From NCBI GenBank assembly GCA_963765765.1, contig CAVXYC010000002.1, positions 120,257-184,256 on the forward strand: a DNA stretch of 64,000 nt, in the 5' to 3' direction. The notes below the pieces were generated by a model. It was not told the DNA's origin. It worked only from the letters and a program-made list of their open reading frames with translations, and made no database searches. This DNA is from an uncultured Chloroflexia bacterium. Its GTDB lineage: Bacteria; Chloroflexota; UBA6077; JACCZL01. Both the position numbers and the translations under genes were made by a program. How positions within the stretch are numbered: the stretch's first letter is position 1; every line of letters begins with the position of its first letter. Shown here piece by piece: positions 51,188 through 60,918 of the stretch.

Positions 51188-52228
51188 CTACGCCTGGTCC
51201 CCCTTTGACCAAGCGCGCGGAAGCAGCCGTAACGCGTTCTCCCGCAGGATCGCCGCTTCCTGGTCGGGCGGCAGGTGGAGCTCCAGCACGTCGCCTACCG
51301 GGTGCTCTGGCCCGCCCACGGGATAGTCGCTGCCAATCACGAAGCGGTCGAAGCCGACCTGAGCGATGAGCGACTTCAGGAAGGGGCCGTTGAAGGCAAT
51401 GGTGTCGTACCAGAGCTGGTCCAGGTAGCTGGACGGGCGCCGCGTCAGGTTGGCCTGCATCTCGGGAGAGCGCGGATACCCGTTGTCGATGCGGCCGATC
51501 ATGGCGGGCAGCGTGCCACCGGCGTGGGCCAACAGGACTCGTAGGCGTGGGTGGCGCTCCAGCACCCCGCCGCAGATGATTGCCGCCGCTGCCAGCCCCG
51601 TCGTCATCAGATTGCCCGCCAGGCCGCCCAGGCTGTATCTGGCCATCACACCCCTGGGCGCTGCCTCGAAAGGGTGGATGAACACGGCCATGTCCAGCGC
51701 TTCGGCCGCCTCCCAGAAAACCTCAAACTCCGCCTCGTCGAGTGCCCGCTCGCCGACGCTTGGCGGAATCATGACGCCCACCAGGCCAAGGCCGTGGGCG
51801 CGCTCCAGCTCCCGCGCCGCCAGGTCGGGTGCTTGCATTGGCACCGAAGCCATACCCACAAATCGGTTTGCCCGCTTCGGCACCATTGCGGCCACGGAGT
51901 CGTTGTGCACCTGGGCGATGGCGAGACCGCGCTCCGCGTCCACACCGGGGTACATCACAAACGGTACGCAGGTGAGCGCCTCGCGCTCCACGCCCTCCGC
52001 GTCCATGTCCACGAGTCGCGCGGAGAAGTCGTCGGTGCCCAGAATCTTGGCATTGATGGGGCGGGTAGCCGTCTCGGCGATCAAGAAGACCTGTCGCCCG
52101 TCACGCTCCACGATGCGCGTGTCGAAGTGCTGGCCCTCGCGCTGCAGTAGTTCGAGCACGTCGGGGGTAACGATGTGCGAATGCAGGTCGATGGCCCGTG
52201 GCGAGCTGAGATCAAGTGAGTCGTGCAT
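51188..52228 (-). CDS. Amidohydrolase 2 family (ACMSD-like decarboxylase/hydratase)
   Basis: IDLHSH, VFIHP, LAHAGG, GSDYP. Confidence 0.9.
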   Translation of the reverse strand: MHDSLDLSSPRAIDLHSHIVTPDVLELLQREGQHFDTRIVERDGRQVFLIAETATRPINAKILGTDDFSARLVDMDAEGVEREALTCVPFVMYPGVDAERGLAIAQVHNDSVAAMVPKRANRFVGMASVPMQAPDLAARELERAHGLGLVGVMIPPSVGERALDEAEFEVFWEAAEALDMAVFIHPFEAAPRGVMARYSLGGLAGNLMTTGLAAAAIICGGVLERHPRLRVLLAHAGGTLPAMIGRIDNGYPRSPEMQANLTRRPSSYLDQLWYDTIAFNGPFLKSLIAQVGFDRFVIGSDYPVGGPEHPVGDVLELHLPPDQEAAILRENALRLLPRAWSKGDQA

Positions 52229-52325
52229 GGCGTAGGGTCCCTCCGCTTGGCGGGATTATGCCCTGCGGGCTACGAGCAGGCGAGATCGCCGGCTTTGGCG
52301 AAGCCTTGAATTGCACATCTCGATT

Positions 52326-52622
52326 TCACGCTGTCGTTGGAACGACCTCACGCTCAATGCGCTTAGCGTTGGCAATCTCCGCCACGCGGAGATCGAACGA
52401 GGCCTGCAAATTGAGCCAGGAGAGCGCGTCGCCACCGAAGTAGCGTGCCAACCGCATGGCCGTGTCGGCGCTCACACCACGCCGCTCACGAACGATGTCG
52501 TTGATCCGAGGCGCGGGGACGTTCAATGCCTTTGCGAGGGCATTGGCACTCATCCCGAGCGGGACCAAATAGTCCTCTCGTAGCACTTCGCCGGGGTGGA
52601 TAGGTCGCATGCCATTCTTCAT
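52326..52622 (-). CDS. higA: HigA antitoxin (HTH)
   Basis: PIHPGEVLREDYL, RINDIVRERRGVSADTAMRLARYFG, WLNLQ. Confidence 0.94.
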   Translation of the reverse strand: MKNGMRPIHPGEVLREDYLVPLGMSANALAKALNVPAPRINDIVRERRGVSADTAMRLARYFGGDALSWLNLQASFDLRVAEIANAKRIEREVVPTTA

Positions 52623-52638
52623 CGGTCGCGATGCTCCA

Positions 52639-52917
52639 TCAGTGGTAGTCAACGATCTCGACATCTTCGGGACCAGCTACGGTCCATCGAAAACAGACGC
52701 GGAATTGATCATTCACGCGGATGCTAAATGTTCCCACGCGATCCCCTCGCAAAGCCTCTAACCGGTTACCAGGCGGAGCCCGGAGGAACTCCAATGTCTG
52801 CGCGGCGTCCAGTTGCGCTAGTTTGCGCGTCGCAACCTTCAGGATGCCCGAGAACCGCTTTGAGCTTCCCGTCTCGAACAGCGCCTGTGTGTCAGCACAG
52901 CGGAAGCTTCTGATCAC
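52639..52917 (-). CDS. higB: HigB (RelE/ParE-type) toxin
   Basis: PPGNRLEALRGDR, SIRVNDQFRVCF, VEIVDYH. Confidence 0.94.
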   Translation of the reverse strand: MIRSFRCADTQALFETGSSKRFSGILKVATRKLAQLDAAQTLEFLRAPPGNRLEALRGDRVGTFSIRVNDQFRVCFRWTVAGPEDVEIVDYH

Positions 52918-52923
52918 GTCGAG

Positions 52924-52952
52924 ACCATACAACGTTTAACGTTAAACGTCAA
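52924..52952 (-). promoter_or_regulatory. higBA promoter TTGACG-N17-TATGGT with perfect 18-bp palindrome ACGTTTAACGTTAAACGT (operator); leaderless start
   Basis: Palindrome at 52932-52949; -10 lies 6 nt before GTG. Confidence 0.8.
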
Positions 52953-53092
52953 AGATTGTGGCACTCATTGCGACGCGAAGCGCGGTGGCCAGGGCCAGTC
53001 TAGGCCAGCTTATCGTTCAATGTAGCTCATAAGCTGCCGTCATTACGCGCCGAGTCCGTGTGGCCGATACTACCTTCCGGCAATTGGGCTTG

Positions 53093-53872
53093 CTAGTGTC
53101 TGTTCAGAAATTCCAGCACCAGACGGTTCCAGGTCTCGGGTTGCTCCCAGTGCGCGGCGTGGCCGGCTTCGGGGACGGTCACAAGCTCGTGATTGGGGAA
53201 ATGCCGCGCGAACATGCGCATCATCGCCGGGGGAGAGAGAAGGTCGGCTCCGCCGACCACCACCAGCGTTGGCGCCGTGAAGCGTTGGAGGTCCTCAGCG
53301 GTCGGATGCTGGCGGCGGAGCTGCGCCGTCCATGTGTCGGCATCGTCAAAGTGGACCGTTTCGGCGATCTCCACCCACTTCCGCGTCCCCTCCGGATTCG
53401 TTCCACGGTAGCCGGCGCTGAGCTCGCGCAGCTCGACGGGTAGAACCTGGATCGGCCGTGGGCGCATGCGTTTCTGGACCTCGGTGATGGCGTCGTCCTG
53501 GAGCCCACCGATCGAGTCGGCGATGACCAGCGTGCGGATCTGGTCCGGATGGACAACGGCGTACTCCAACGCCACCACGCCTCCGGCGGCGGTGCCGACG
53601 AGGTGCACCGGCGGGAGATCGAGATGCTGGATCAGCGCATGGAGATCATCGATGGCGTAGCCTGGTTGTTCGCCACTGTCGTTCGGTTGTGACTGGCCGA
53701 CACCACGACGGTCGTAGGTGACGCACCGATACCCGGCGGATGCAAATGCTGGAACGTTGAGCTCCCACGAGTCGCTGGTGCCGGAGCGCGCATGGAGAAA
53801 GACGATCGGCGCGCCGTTCCCGTGGTGATCCCGGTAATGAAGCGTGACGCCTGGCGCATCGAATTGAGGCAT
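53093..53872 (-). CDS. Alpha/beta fold hydrolase-like protein with non-canonical elbow (GTAAG)
   Basis: VFLHA, YDRRGVG, LVGTAAGG, GADL, AGHAAHWE. Confidence 0.87.
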   Translation of the reverse strand: MPQFDAPGVTLHYRDHHGNGAPIVFLHARSGTSDSWELNVPAFASAGYRCVTYDRRGVGQSQPNDSGEQPGYAIDDLHALIQHLDLPPVHLVGTAAGGVVALEYAVVHPDQIRTLVIADSIGGLQDDAITEVQKRMRPRPIQVLPVELRELSAGYRGTNPEGTRKWVEIAETVHFDDADTWTAQLRRQHPTAEDLQRFTAPTLVVVGGADLLSPPAMMRMFARHFPNHELVTVPEAGHAAHWEQPETWNRLVLEFLNRH

Positions 53873-53943
53873 GGGGCTGACTCTCTCCCGCCCGCGGAAG
53901 GTACTGTCGACTAGTATGACCCCTAACTCTCCAACCTGGCAGC

Positions 53944-53996
53944 GAGCCAGATGGGACGGGTGGACCGATTTCCGATCCGCCCGTCCCATCTGGCTC
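53944..53996. terminator. Long stem-loop downstream of the small peptide ORF
   Basis: cgagccagatgggacgggtggaccg ... cgatccgcccgtcccatctggctcg. Confidence 0.55.
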
Positions 53997-54023
53997 GTGA
54001 ATTCTCAGTGGAGCGTTTGACCG

Positions 54024-54185
54024 TTAGTCGTCGTCACCACCGCCGCCGCCCTGGTTGCTCCCATTGCCGCCACCGCCACCGCCGGTGGACAGATTGCCAA
54101 TGTCCCCGAGATCGATGTTGCCTCCTTCTGGGTCGTCAGGCTCAAGACTTTCACCGAACCAGTCCCTATGCAGCATGTCAGTCAT
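54024..54185 (-). CDS. 53-aa acidic, Gly-rich peptide
   Basis: AAGGAGG RBS; MTDMLHRDWFGESLEPDDPEGGNIDLGDIGNLSTGGGGGGNGSNQGGGGGDDD. Confidence 0.6.
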   Translation of the reverse strand: MTDMLHRDWFGESLEPDDPEGGNIDLGDIGNLSTGGGGGGNGSNQGGGGGDDD

Positions 54186-54488
54186 CGGGTCCTCCTTGAA
54201 GTCCCCGCGCGTCCAACGCGGGAGCTTCTTCGATCCTACCAAGCTCAACGCTCGGACGCGGAAAGTATTCCCGAGGCGAGAGAGCGGCACTGACTTCGCA
54301 TATCGCCATGGAAGCGATGTTGGCCTGCTTAGCCACGAAGCACGGCCTCGGGATTGTGCATCCACGGGGTGTCGCATGGATCGCAAGCGGTCGTATGCTC
54401 AGGCATGTCGATCCCGCGTATCACCGTTCTTTTGTAACACTCATCAAAACTCCCGGCGACCGGCCGGGCATGCGCACAGGAGGCGACC

Positions 54489-54697
54489 ATGGCGAACGAT
54501 GAACTCACGATTGGCGAGGTGAAGCGCATGGCCGAGGAGATCGGCATGACGCATCTCACGGAAGAGCACCTCCAGCAGCTGCTCCGCGCGACCAACGAGC
54601 GCCCGTGCGCGGCGCGGCGCATTGCCCGTGGGAAACCTCACGCCGGCGGACGAGCCGGCGCACGTGTATCGCCTCGATCGGGGGCGACGAGCGATGA
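54489..54697 (+). CDS. Small GatC/AtzG-like amidase partner (frameshifted)
   Basis: AGGAGG RBS; MANDEL...EEHLQQLL...DEPAHVY; abuts the amidase ATG. Confidence 0.6.
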
Positions 54698-56112
54698 CCG
54701 ACCTCGCCTGGCTCACCGTCGCCGAAGCGGCCGAGCTGCTGCGCGCGAAGAAGCTCTCGCCTGTCGAATACACGCGAGCCCTGATCGATCGCATCGAGAA
54801 GCACGACAGCAAGCTGAACGCGTTCCTGCGCTTCACGCCCGACATCGCGCTTGACGACGCGCGGCGCGCCGAGGCGGAGATCGCGCGCGGCGAATGGCGC
54901 GGGCCGTTCCACGGCGTGCCCTACGGCTTGAAGGACATCGTCGACTACGCGGGCCTGCCGACGACCGCGCATTCGAAGATCCTGAAGGACAACGTCGCCG
55001 GCAGCCGATGCCGTGGTGACGCAGAAGCTGCGCGCCGCGGGCGGCGTGTTCATGGGCAAGCTCTCGACCCACGAGTTCGCGATCGGCGGTCCGTCCTTCG
55101 ACCTGCCGTGGCCGCCCGCGCGCAATCCCTGGAACCGCGATCACTTCACGCGGCGGCTCGTCGAGCGGCTCGGGCGCCGCGACCGCCGCGGGCTTCGCTG
55201 CCGGCGGCGATCGGCACCGATACCGGCGGCTCGATGCGCAATCCCGCCTCGATGTGCGGCGTCGTCGGCATGAAGCCGACCTACGGTCTGGTCAGCCGGC
55301 GCGGCGTGATGCCGCTGGCGTTCTCGCTCGATCACGTCGGCCCGCTGACCCGCACCGTGCGCGACAACGCGCTGATGCTGGATCTGATCGCCGGCTACGA
55401 TCCGCTCGATCCGGGCAGCGTCGAATCGCGCGACCGGCGGCTACACCGCCGGGCTCGGGCGCGGCGTCAAGGGCCTGCGCATCGGCGTCATCCGCCACTT
55501 CTACACGCGCGACATGCAGGCCGACGCCGGAGATGGCGGCGGGCATCGAGGCCGCGGTGAAGGTATTGGCCGAGCTCGGCGCGGAGGTGCGCGAGATCGA
55601 GACCGCGCCGCTCGGCGACTACGCCGCCTGCAACCGCACGATACTGCCGAGCGAGGCGTTCGCGATCCACGAGAAATGGATGCGCGAGCGGCCCGCAGGA
55701 TTACGGCGCGCTCGCGCGCGAGCGGCTGATGGCCGGCGCCTTCGTGCGCGCCGCCGATTACATCAACGCCACGCGCGTGCGCCGACAGATGACCGACGCC
55801 TTCCACGCGCTGTTCGCCGACATCGACGTGGCCATGACGGCGAGCTCGATGGATCCGGCCTGCCGCATCGACGACCCGCAGGCGGTCGAATACACCTACG
55901 GGCGGCAGGCGCGCGCGCCGTTCAACGTGACCGGCAGCCCCGCGCTGTCGGTGCCGGCGGGGTTCAGCACGGCAGGACTGCCGCTCGCGATGCAGATCGT
56001 CGGCAAGCCGTTCAGCGAGGCGCTGATCTACCGCGTCGCCCATGCCTACGAGCAGGCGACACAGTGGACGGAGAGGCACCCGGAGCTCGACCGCGGCAAT
56101 GCGCCGCAGTGA
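54694..56112 (+). CDS. Amidase (amidase-signature family), multiple frameshifts
   Basis: GVPYGLKD, GKLSTHEFA, GTDTGGSMRNPAS, NVTGSPAL. Confidence 0.87.
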
Positions 56113-56356
56113 AGGAGTAGGCACGGGGTGGCGGCAGAGGGCGCCGTCGCGATGGGCGCTATCAAGGCCGAGCACCGGACTACCCAGCCGCATTTTAGTG
56201 AGCCAGTATCAGGATGCACAGAAACTCCGGGAGAGGCTCTCTGCGGGGCAGTAGCGGATGCTACCCGGACCCACTTCCCCGCGCCGAAAGATCGGGAGAG
56301 AGCTCCTAATCCACATCGACTGCAAGAGTACCCCGCTGAAGACAGATAGAGATGGA

Positions 56357-56725
56357 ATGAGCGGTCCGACCACGCAGGAAGAGATATTCGCTCTTCGAGC
56401 TCTTCTATCCCGTATTGGCACCCCTGCTGAGCATCCGGACGATGGAATTCAGGTCTTGTTGAAGGTCCCGAGATTACTGAATGATCTGGAAGTGACGCGT
56501 GGCCTACTCGTGCGCGGTCTAACCAGCCGCAACGTCAAGGGTCATGAGTGGATAAGCGATCTCGAGACGGATCTGCCAGTGCGGAATACGAGAGCCTGGA
56601 TGTGTCAGTGGCGTGGTGCTTACTGGCATGAGTTTGGCGAGGTGCAGGAGCATCACTCGGTCGAGTGTTGGTTCAGTAGCACTCGTAGTTACCTTCAACA
56701 AGCCAACGCTAGGCCAGGAGCTTGA
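56357..56725 (+). CDS. Hypothetical protein
   Basis: Open frame with lower-GC composition; no recognised motif. Confidence 0.35.
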   Translation: MSGPTTQEEIFALRALLSRIGTPAEHPDDGIQVLLKVPRLLNDLEVTRGLLVRGLTSRNVKGHEWISDLETDLPVRNTRAWMCQWRGAYWHEFGEVQEHHSVECWFSSTRSYLQQANARPGA

Positions 56726-56765
56726 TCAACACAGTGTGCGCGGTGTACCAACTTTCGATAATGGC

Positions 56766-57250
56766 TTACGCCAGTCGATAGAAAGTGCCCAGGATTCCGC
56801 CGTAGATCAGGTGGGCGAGGATTACCGAGAGCGGTGTGCGTCCGCCATAATGCAGCGCCAGAAATCCGGGCGGCTCGAGCTGCCTGGTGGGCGTAGGGCC
56901 ATGCTGCTCGCTCGCCATCCGGAGGTGGAGTGCCGGCATCAGCGGGCATCACCGCGACGAGCACGAACAGCGCGTGAACCAGGCCAATGCCGGCTCCGAG
57001 CCACCACGACGCACGGCCCCAGCTCTCGAATGCTGCAGCGTAGACGATGGCCAACCACCACCCGTTCAGCAGGTGCACCGCAAAGCCGACAAGCTTGGCA
57101 CGATCTCGATCCGGCGTGAATATCGTGCCGAGCATGAACGGGAGATTCATCCGCGACGAGTCCGAGACCCTGGGTCCCCGCCATCAAGATCGTCATCGCG
57201 GCGGTTCCGACGAAACCCCAGAGAACGACGTCGTTCCAGTTCACACTCAT
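56766..57250 (-). CDS. Membrane protein coupled to GH15 (two frameshifts)
   Basis: WGFVGT, MNLPFMLGT, HLLNG, PPGF..LHYG..TP....AHLIYG across frames. Confidence 0.7.
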
Positions 57251-59173
57251 TCAATCCTCGATCACCTGGCCGGCAGACGGCTGTTCGGGGGCGGCGCGAT
57301 CATGCTCGCCGCGGTACTCTGCCAGGGTCAACGCCGCGTTGATCAGGCCGACGTGCGTAAACGCCTGGGGAAAGTTCCCCAGGGCGATGCCCGTGTCGGG
57401 GTCGATCTCTTCGGCGAACAGGCCCAGATCGTTCGCGAAGTCGAGGAGTCGCTCGAAGGCATCGCTCGCGGCCCTGACCTGACCGCCGCGCGCCAGACAC
57501 TCCACCGCCCAGAAGCAGCAGATACCGAATGCACCCTCGCCCGCTGGAAAACCGTCATCGGTTGCGGCCTCGTAGCGGTAGACCAAGCTGTCGCGGGCGA
57601 GCTTATCGCGGATGCGAGTGCAGGTGGCCTGCATCCGCGCGTCCGTCCCGTCGATATATCCGTACAGCGGTAGGGTGAGCAGGCTGGCGTCCATCTCGTC
57701 ACCGTCAAACGTGCGGGTGTAGCTGCCGAGTTCTCGGTTATATCCACGCGTGTCGATCTCCGTCCGGAGCGCGTGCCGTTGCGCTCGGAAGCGCTCCACG
57801 TTGACGTTGATCTGCCCGGCTTCGTGCATCTGGATCAGGCGATCCAGCGCGACCCAACAGAGCACCTTCGAGTGGGTGTGCTGAAAGCGTCCCCCGCGCC
57901 CCTCCCAGATTCCCTCGTCCGGCTCACGCCACCGTTTGCATACCGTCCGGCCGAGGCCGTCGAGCAGGCGGACGGTGTCTCGGTCGAGCTGTCCGCCGTG
58001 CCGAACAAACCACGCCACGGCATCGATGACCTCCCCGTACACATCCAGCTGCAGCTGCCCATGGGCGTCATTGCCGACGCGCACCGGGCGCGAGCCCGCA
58101 TAGCCGGCAAGATGCCCCAGCTCGCGCTCGGGCAGCCGGGCCTCGCCGAATACGTCGTAGACCACCTGGAGCTCGGGCCAGGTGAGTCGGGTCGCGTGGA
58201 GCATCCAATTGAGGAATGCGTCCGCCTCCTCCCGGTAGCCGAGGGAGAAGAGTGCGCGAAGCGTGAAGGACGCGTCGCGCAGCCAGCAATAGCGGTAATC
58301 CCAGTTGCGGACCCCGCCCAGCTTCTCCGGCAGCGAAGTGGTGGGTGCAGCCACCACGGCGCCTGACGGCGCGTAGGCCATGAGCTTGAGCGCGAGGGCG
58401 CTGCGCACCACCATGTCGCGATGTGGTCCCGCATAGGTGCAACGCTCCGACCACTCCTGCCACCACCGGGCCGACCGGTCGATCCTGCCGCGAGCTAGGT
58501 CCCCGAGCGTTGGGATCACCGCCGGCGCATCCTGGTCAAACGTGAGCGACAAGTACCTACGCTCCCCGCCTCGGACGCGGTCGGTGCCAAAGGCATCGAG
58601 GCCATGGTCGATCAAGTCCAGCGGCACCTCGCTCCGGAGGGTGAGGGAGGCCCTGCCAACTTCACACCACAGGCCAAGCGCACCGCGCGGTTGGAGTACG
58701 TGTTTAATTCGGCCGTAGTTCGGACGAGGCTGGTACAGGACCTCGATTTCCACCTCGCCATCGATCCCCTCCACTTCTCGGAGCACTTCATGCTCCGGTG
58801 TAAGCTGGATCCGCTTGTCATGCTCTGCGGATACTGGCAAGAGGTCCCGCACGACGCACGTCCCACCGGGTGTATGAAAGATGGTCTCAAGAATGTTCGT
58901 GTCGTGCAGGTAGCGGCGTTGGGTCCGGAATGCCCCCGTTGGTCGAATACGGAAGCGTCCCCCTTCGCGCGCGTCGAGCAACGCGGCGAACAGGGACGGG
59001 CTGTCGAAACGGGGCAAGCAGAGCCAATCGAGCGAGCCATCACGGGAAACGAGCCCCGCAGCCCGGCAATTACCAATCAGCGCATAGTCGCCGATAGGCG
59101 CAGAGCCATCGGTCTCATCGCTCGCTTGTGGGTCTCGTAGCCGGGCTGACAAACCGACATCCCTTCCGTTCAC
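57251..59173 (-). CDS. Glycoside hydrolase family 15 (trehalase/glucoamylase-like)
   Basis: IGDYALIGNC, AAPTTSLPE, NWDYRYCWLRD, QLDVYGE, GNFPQAFTH. Confidence 0.94.
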   Translation of the reverse strand: MNGRDVGLSARLRDPQASDETDGSAPIGDYALIGNCRAAGLVSRDGSLDWLCLPRFDSPSLFAALLDAREGGRFRIRPTGAFRTQRRYLHDTNILETIFHTPGGTCVVRDLLPVSAEHDKRIQLTPEHEVLREVEGIDGEVEIEVLYQPRPNYGRIKHVLQPRGALGLWCEVGRASLTLRSEVPLDLIDHGLDAFGTDRVRGGERRYLSLTFDQDAPAVIPTLGDLARGRIDRSARWWQEWSERCTYAGPHRDMVVRSALALKLMAYAPSGAVVAAPTTSLPEKLGGVRNWDYRYCWLRDASFTLRALFSLGYREEADAFLNWMLHATRLTWPELQVVYDVFGEARLPERELGHLAGYAGSRPVRVGNDAHGQLQLDVYGEVIDAVAWFVRHGGQLDRDTVRLLDGLGRTVCKRWREPDEGIWEGRGGRFQHTHSKVLCWVALDRLIQMHEAGQINVNVERFRAQRHALRTEIDTRGYNRELGSYTRTFDGDEMDASLLTLPLYGYIDGTDARMQATCTRIRDKLARDSLVYRYEAATDDGFPAGEGAFGICCFWAVECLARGGQVRAASDAFERLLDFANDLGLFAEEIDPDTGIALGNFPQAFTHVGLINAALTLAEYRGEHDRAAPEQPSAGQVIED

Positions 59174-59320
59174 GTCGTTGGTTTCTCGAGAGATCTGCGC
59201 AGGCGGGTCTTACACATTAACACCAGCCAGCGAAAAGCACTCGTCCGAATCGACCTGCACGCTGCTACTATCTGAGGGCCGCTGGACTCGCGGCAGATCC
59301 TTCGATGGGGAGGAGCAACG

Positions 59321-60167
59321 ATGGAAGTTCGACGCCTTGGAGAAGAGATCGGCGCGGAGATTACCGGCGTCGACGTCAAGCACTTAGAGCGACGATGACT
59401 GGAGCACGATTTACCAGACCTGGCTGGACCACAACGTGATCGTTGTCCGTGACCAGGAGCTGGAGATCGACGACTTCTACAACTACAGCCTCCGCTTCGG
59501 CCCCGTCGAGGCGCATCCATCGAAGAGCACGCGGCACCCGGACTACCCGAAGATCACCGTCCTGGGCGTCGGCAAGTTCGACGAGGACGGACGCCTCAAT
59601 ATGGCGATCTACACTCGCGGCGCCGATTGCTTCCACACGGACGGCGCGTACGACGCAGATCCCTTCAAGGCCACCCAGCTCTACGCGATTGCCCTTCCCA
59701 GCCGCGGTGGCGACACGCACTTTGCCAGCATGTACGCGGCCTACGATGCCCTGCCCCAGCGTCTGAAAGACAAGCTCGCTGGTAAACGAGGCGCATTCCG
59801 CTACGGCGGCCGCACCGGTCGCGTCGCGCTCCTCAACGAGTCCGATCAGCACGAGCCGTCGGTCTTCCACCCCATCTTCCGCGTACATCCGGAGACGGGA
59901 CGCACCGGTCTCTACTTCGACCCCGGCAAGATCCTCTGCATCGAGGGCCTGGAAGAAGCGGAGAGCGACGAGATCATCGACGAGCTGGAGACGTACATGC
60001 TCCAGCCCAGGGCGATGTACACGCACCAGTGGCGCCTCGGCGATGTGGTGATCTGGGACAACCGTTGCTCCTACCACAAGGCCGCCGGCGACTACCCGCC
60101 GGAAGAGGACCGCATCCACTGGCGGGTATCGATCAAGGAGTACGGCAGCCCGATCAAGCCTGACTGA
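59321..60167 (+). CDS. TauD/TfdA dioxygenase (frameshift near 59386)
   Basis: GAEITGVD, FHTDG, GGDTHFA, WDNRCSYH. Confidence 0.9.
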
Positions 60168-60179
60168 CGGAAGGGGCAC

Positions 60180-60352
60180 GATCCGCAGATTGACGCAGAT
60201 TAACGCAGATTATTCTTCACGGGAGCCGCGACGGTCGAAGTTTCCCTCAAGTTTGAGAAGCTAATGTCGATGGCGGAACGGAAAAGGATGTCCCGATCAG
60301 ACGCAGCCCAACCGTCCAATTAATCTGCGTCAATCTGCGTTAATCTGCGGAT
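60180..60352. repeat. Inverted pair of 3x (CGCAGATT) tandem repeats
   Basis: atccgcagattgacgcagattaacgcagatta ... taatctgcgtcaatctgcgttaatctgcggat. Confidence 0.82.
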
Positions 60353-60375
60353 CGTTAAGCTGCGGGGCCAGAGAC

Positions 60376-60834
60376 CTACCAGCGCGCGCCGGCGAGCTGG
60401 CGGGTGGCGACGTTCAGGCGGTTCCAGACGTTGATGTTGGCGATGCACAGCACCAGCGCGGCGAGCTGCTGCTCGTCATAATGTCGCGCCGCTTCCGACC
60501 ACACCTCATCAGACACGGGGTCCGGGCGGTCGGCCAGACGGGTGACAGCTTCGGTCAGCGCCAGCGCCGCCCGCTCGGCATCCGAGAAGTAGGGCGTATC
60601 CCGCCAGGCGGCGATAGTGGCCAGGCGCTCCGGCTTCTCATCGAGCTCCAGGGCGTGGGCGGCGTGGCCGTCGAGGCACACGCCACAGCCGTTGATCTGG
60701 CTGGCGCGCATCAACACCAGCAGAATGGTTCGTTCTTCCAGGCCGCCCTTGCTGACGGCGTTGCCCAGCGCCTGTAGCGCCGGCATGGCGTCCGGCACGA
60801 TCATGGCAGGGTGGCTGATACGTGGTTGAGTCAT
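60376..60834 (-). CDS. Carboxymuconolactone decarboxylase/AhpD family protein
   Basis: RASQINGCGVCLDGH, FSDAERAAL, NVWNRLN. Confidence 0.93.
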   Translation of the reverse strand: MTQPRISHPAMIVPDAMPALQALGNAVSKGGLEERTILLVLMRASQINGCGVCLDGHAAHALELDEKPERLATIAAWRDTPYFSDAERAALALTEAVTRLADRPDPVSDEVWSEAARHYDEQQLAALVLCIANINVWNRLNVATRQLAGARW

Positions 60835-60855
60835 CGTTCGCCTCCTTTAGAGAGC

Positions 60856-60917
60856 TGTCACATTGGCGGGCTCTGGCCCGTCAACTCAATGACGAACGCC
60901 GACGGGAGAATGTGACC
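60856..60917. promoter_or_regulatory. Two face-to-face ECF41-type promoters (TGTCACA-N16-CGTC on +; GGTCACA-N16-CGTC on -)
   Basis: Exact spacing at 60856-60882 and 60891-60917; matches the known ECF41 consensus. Confidence 0.82.
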
Positions 60918-60918
60918 G

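Noticed and set aside
12013-59400. Programmed frameshifting in the split genes
   Set aside because: Indels are numerous, in unrelated families and not at consistent slippery sites; sequencing error is more parsimonious
60180-60352. Possible CRISPR or mini-array
   Set aside because: 10-bp tandem units in inverted orientation, no unique spacers, no cas genes
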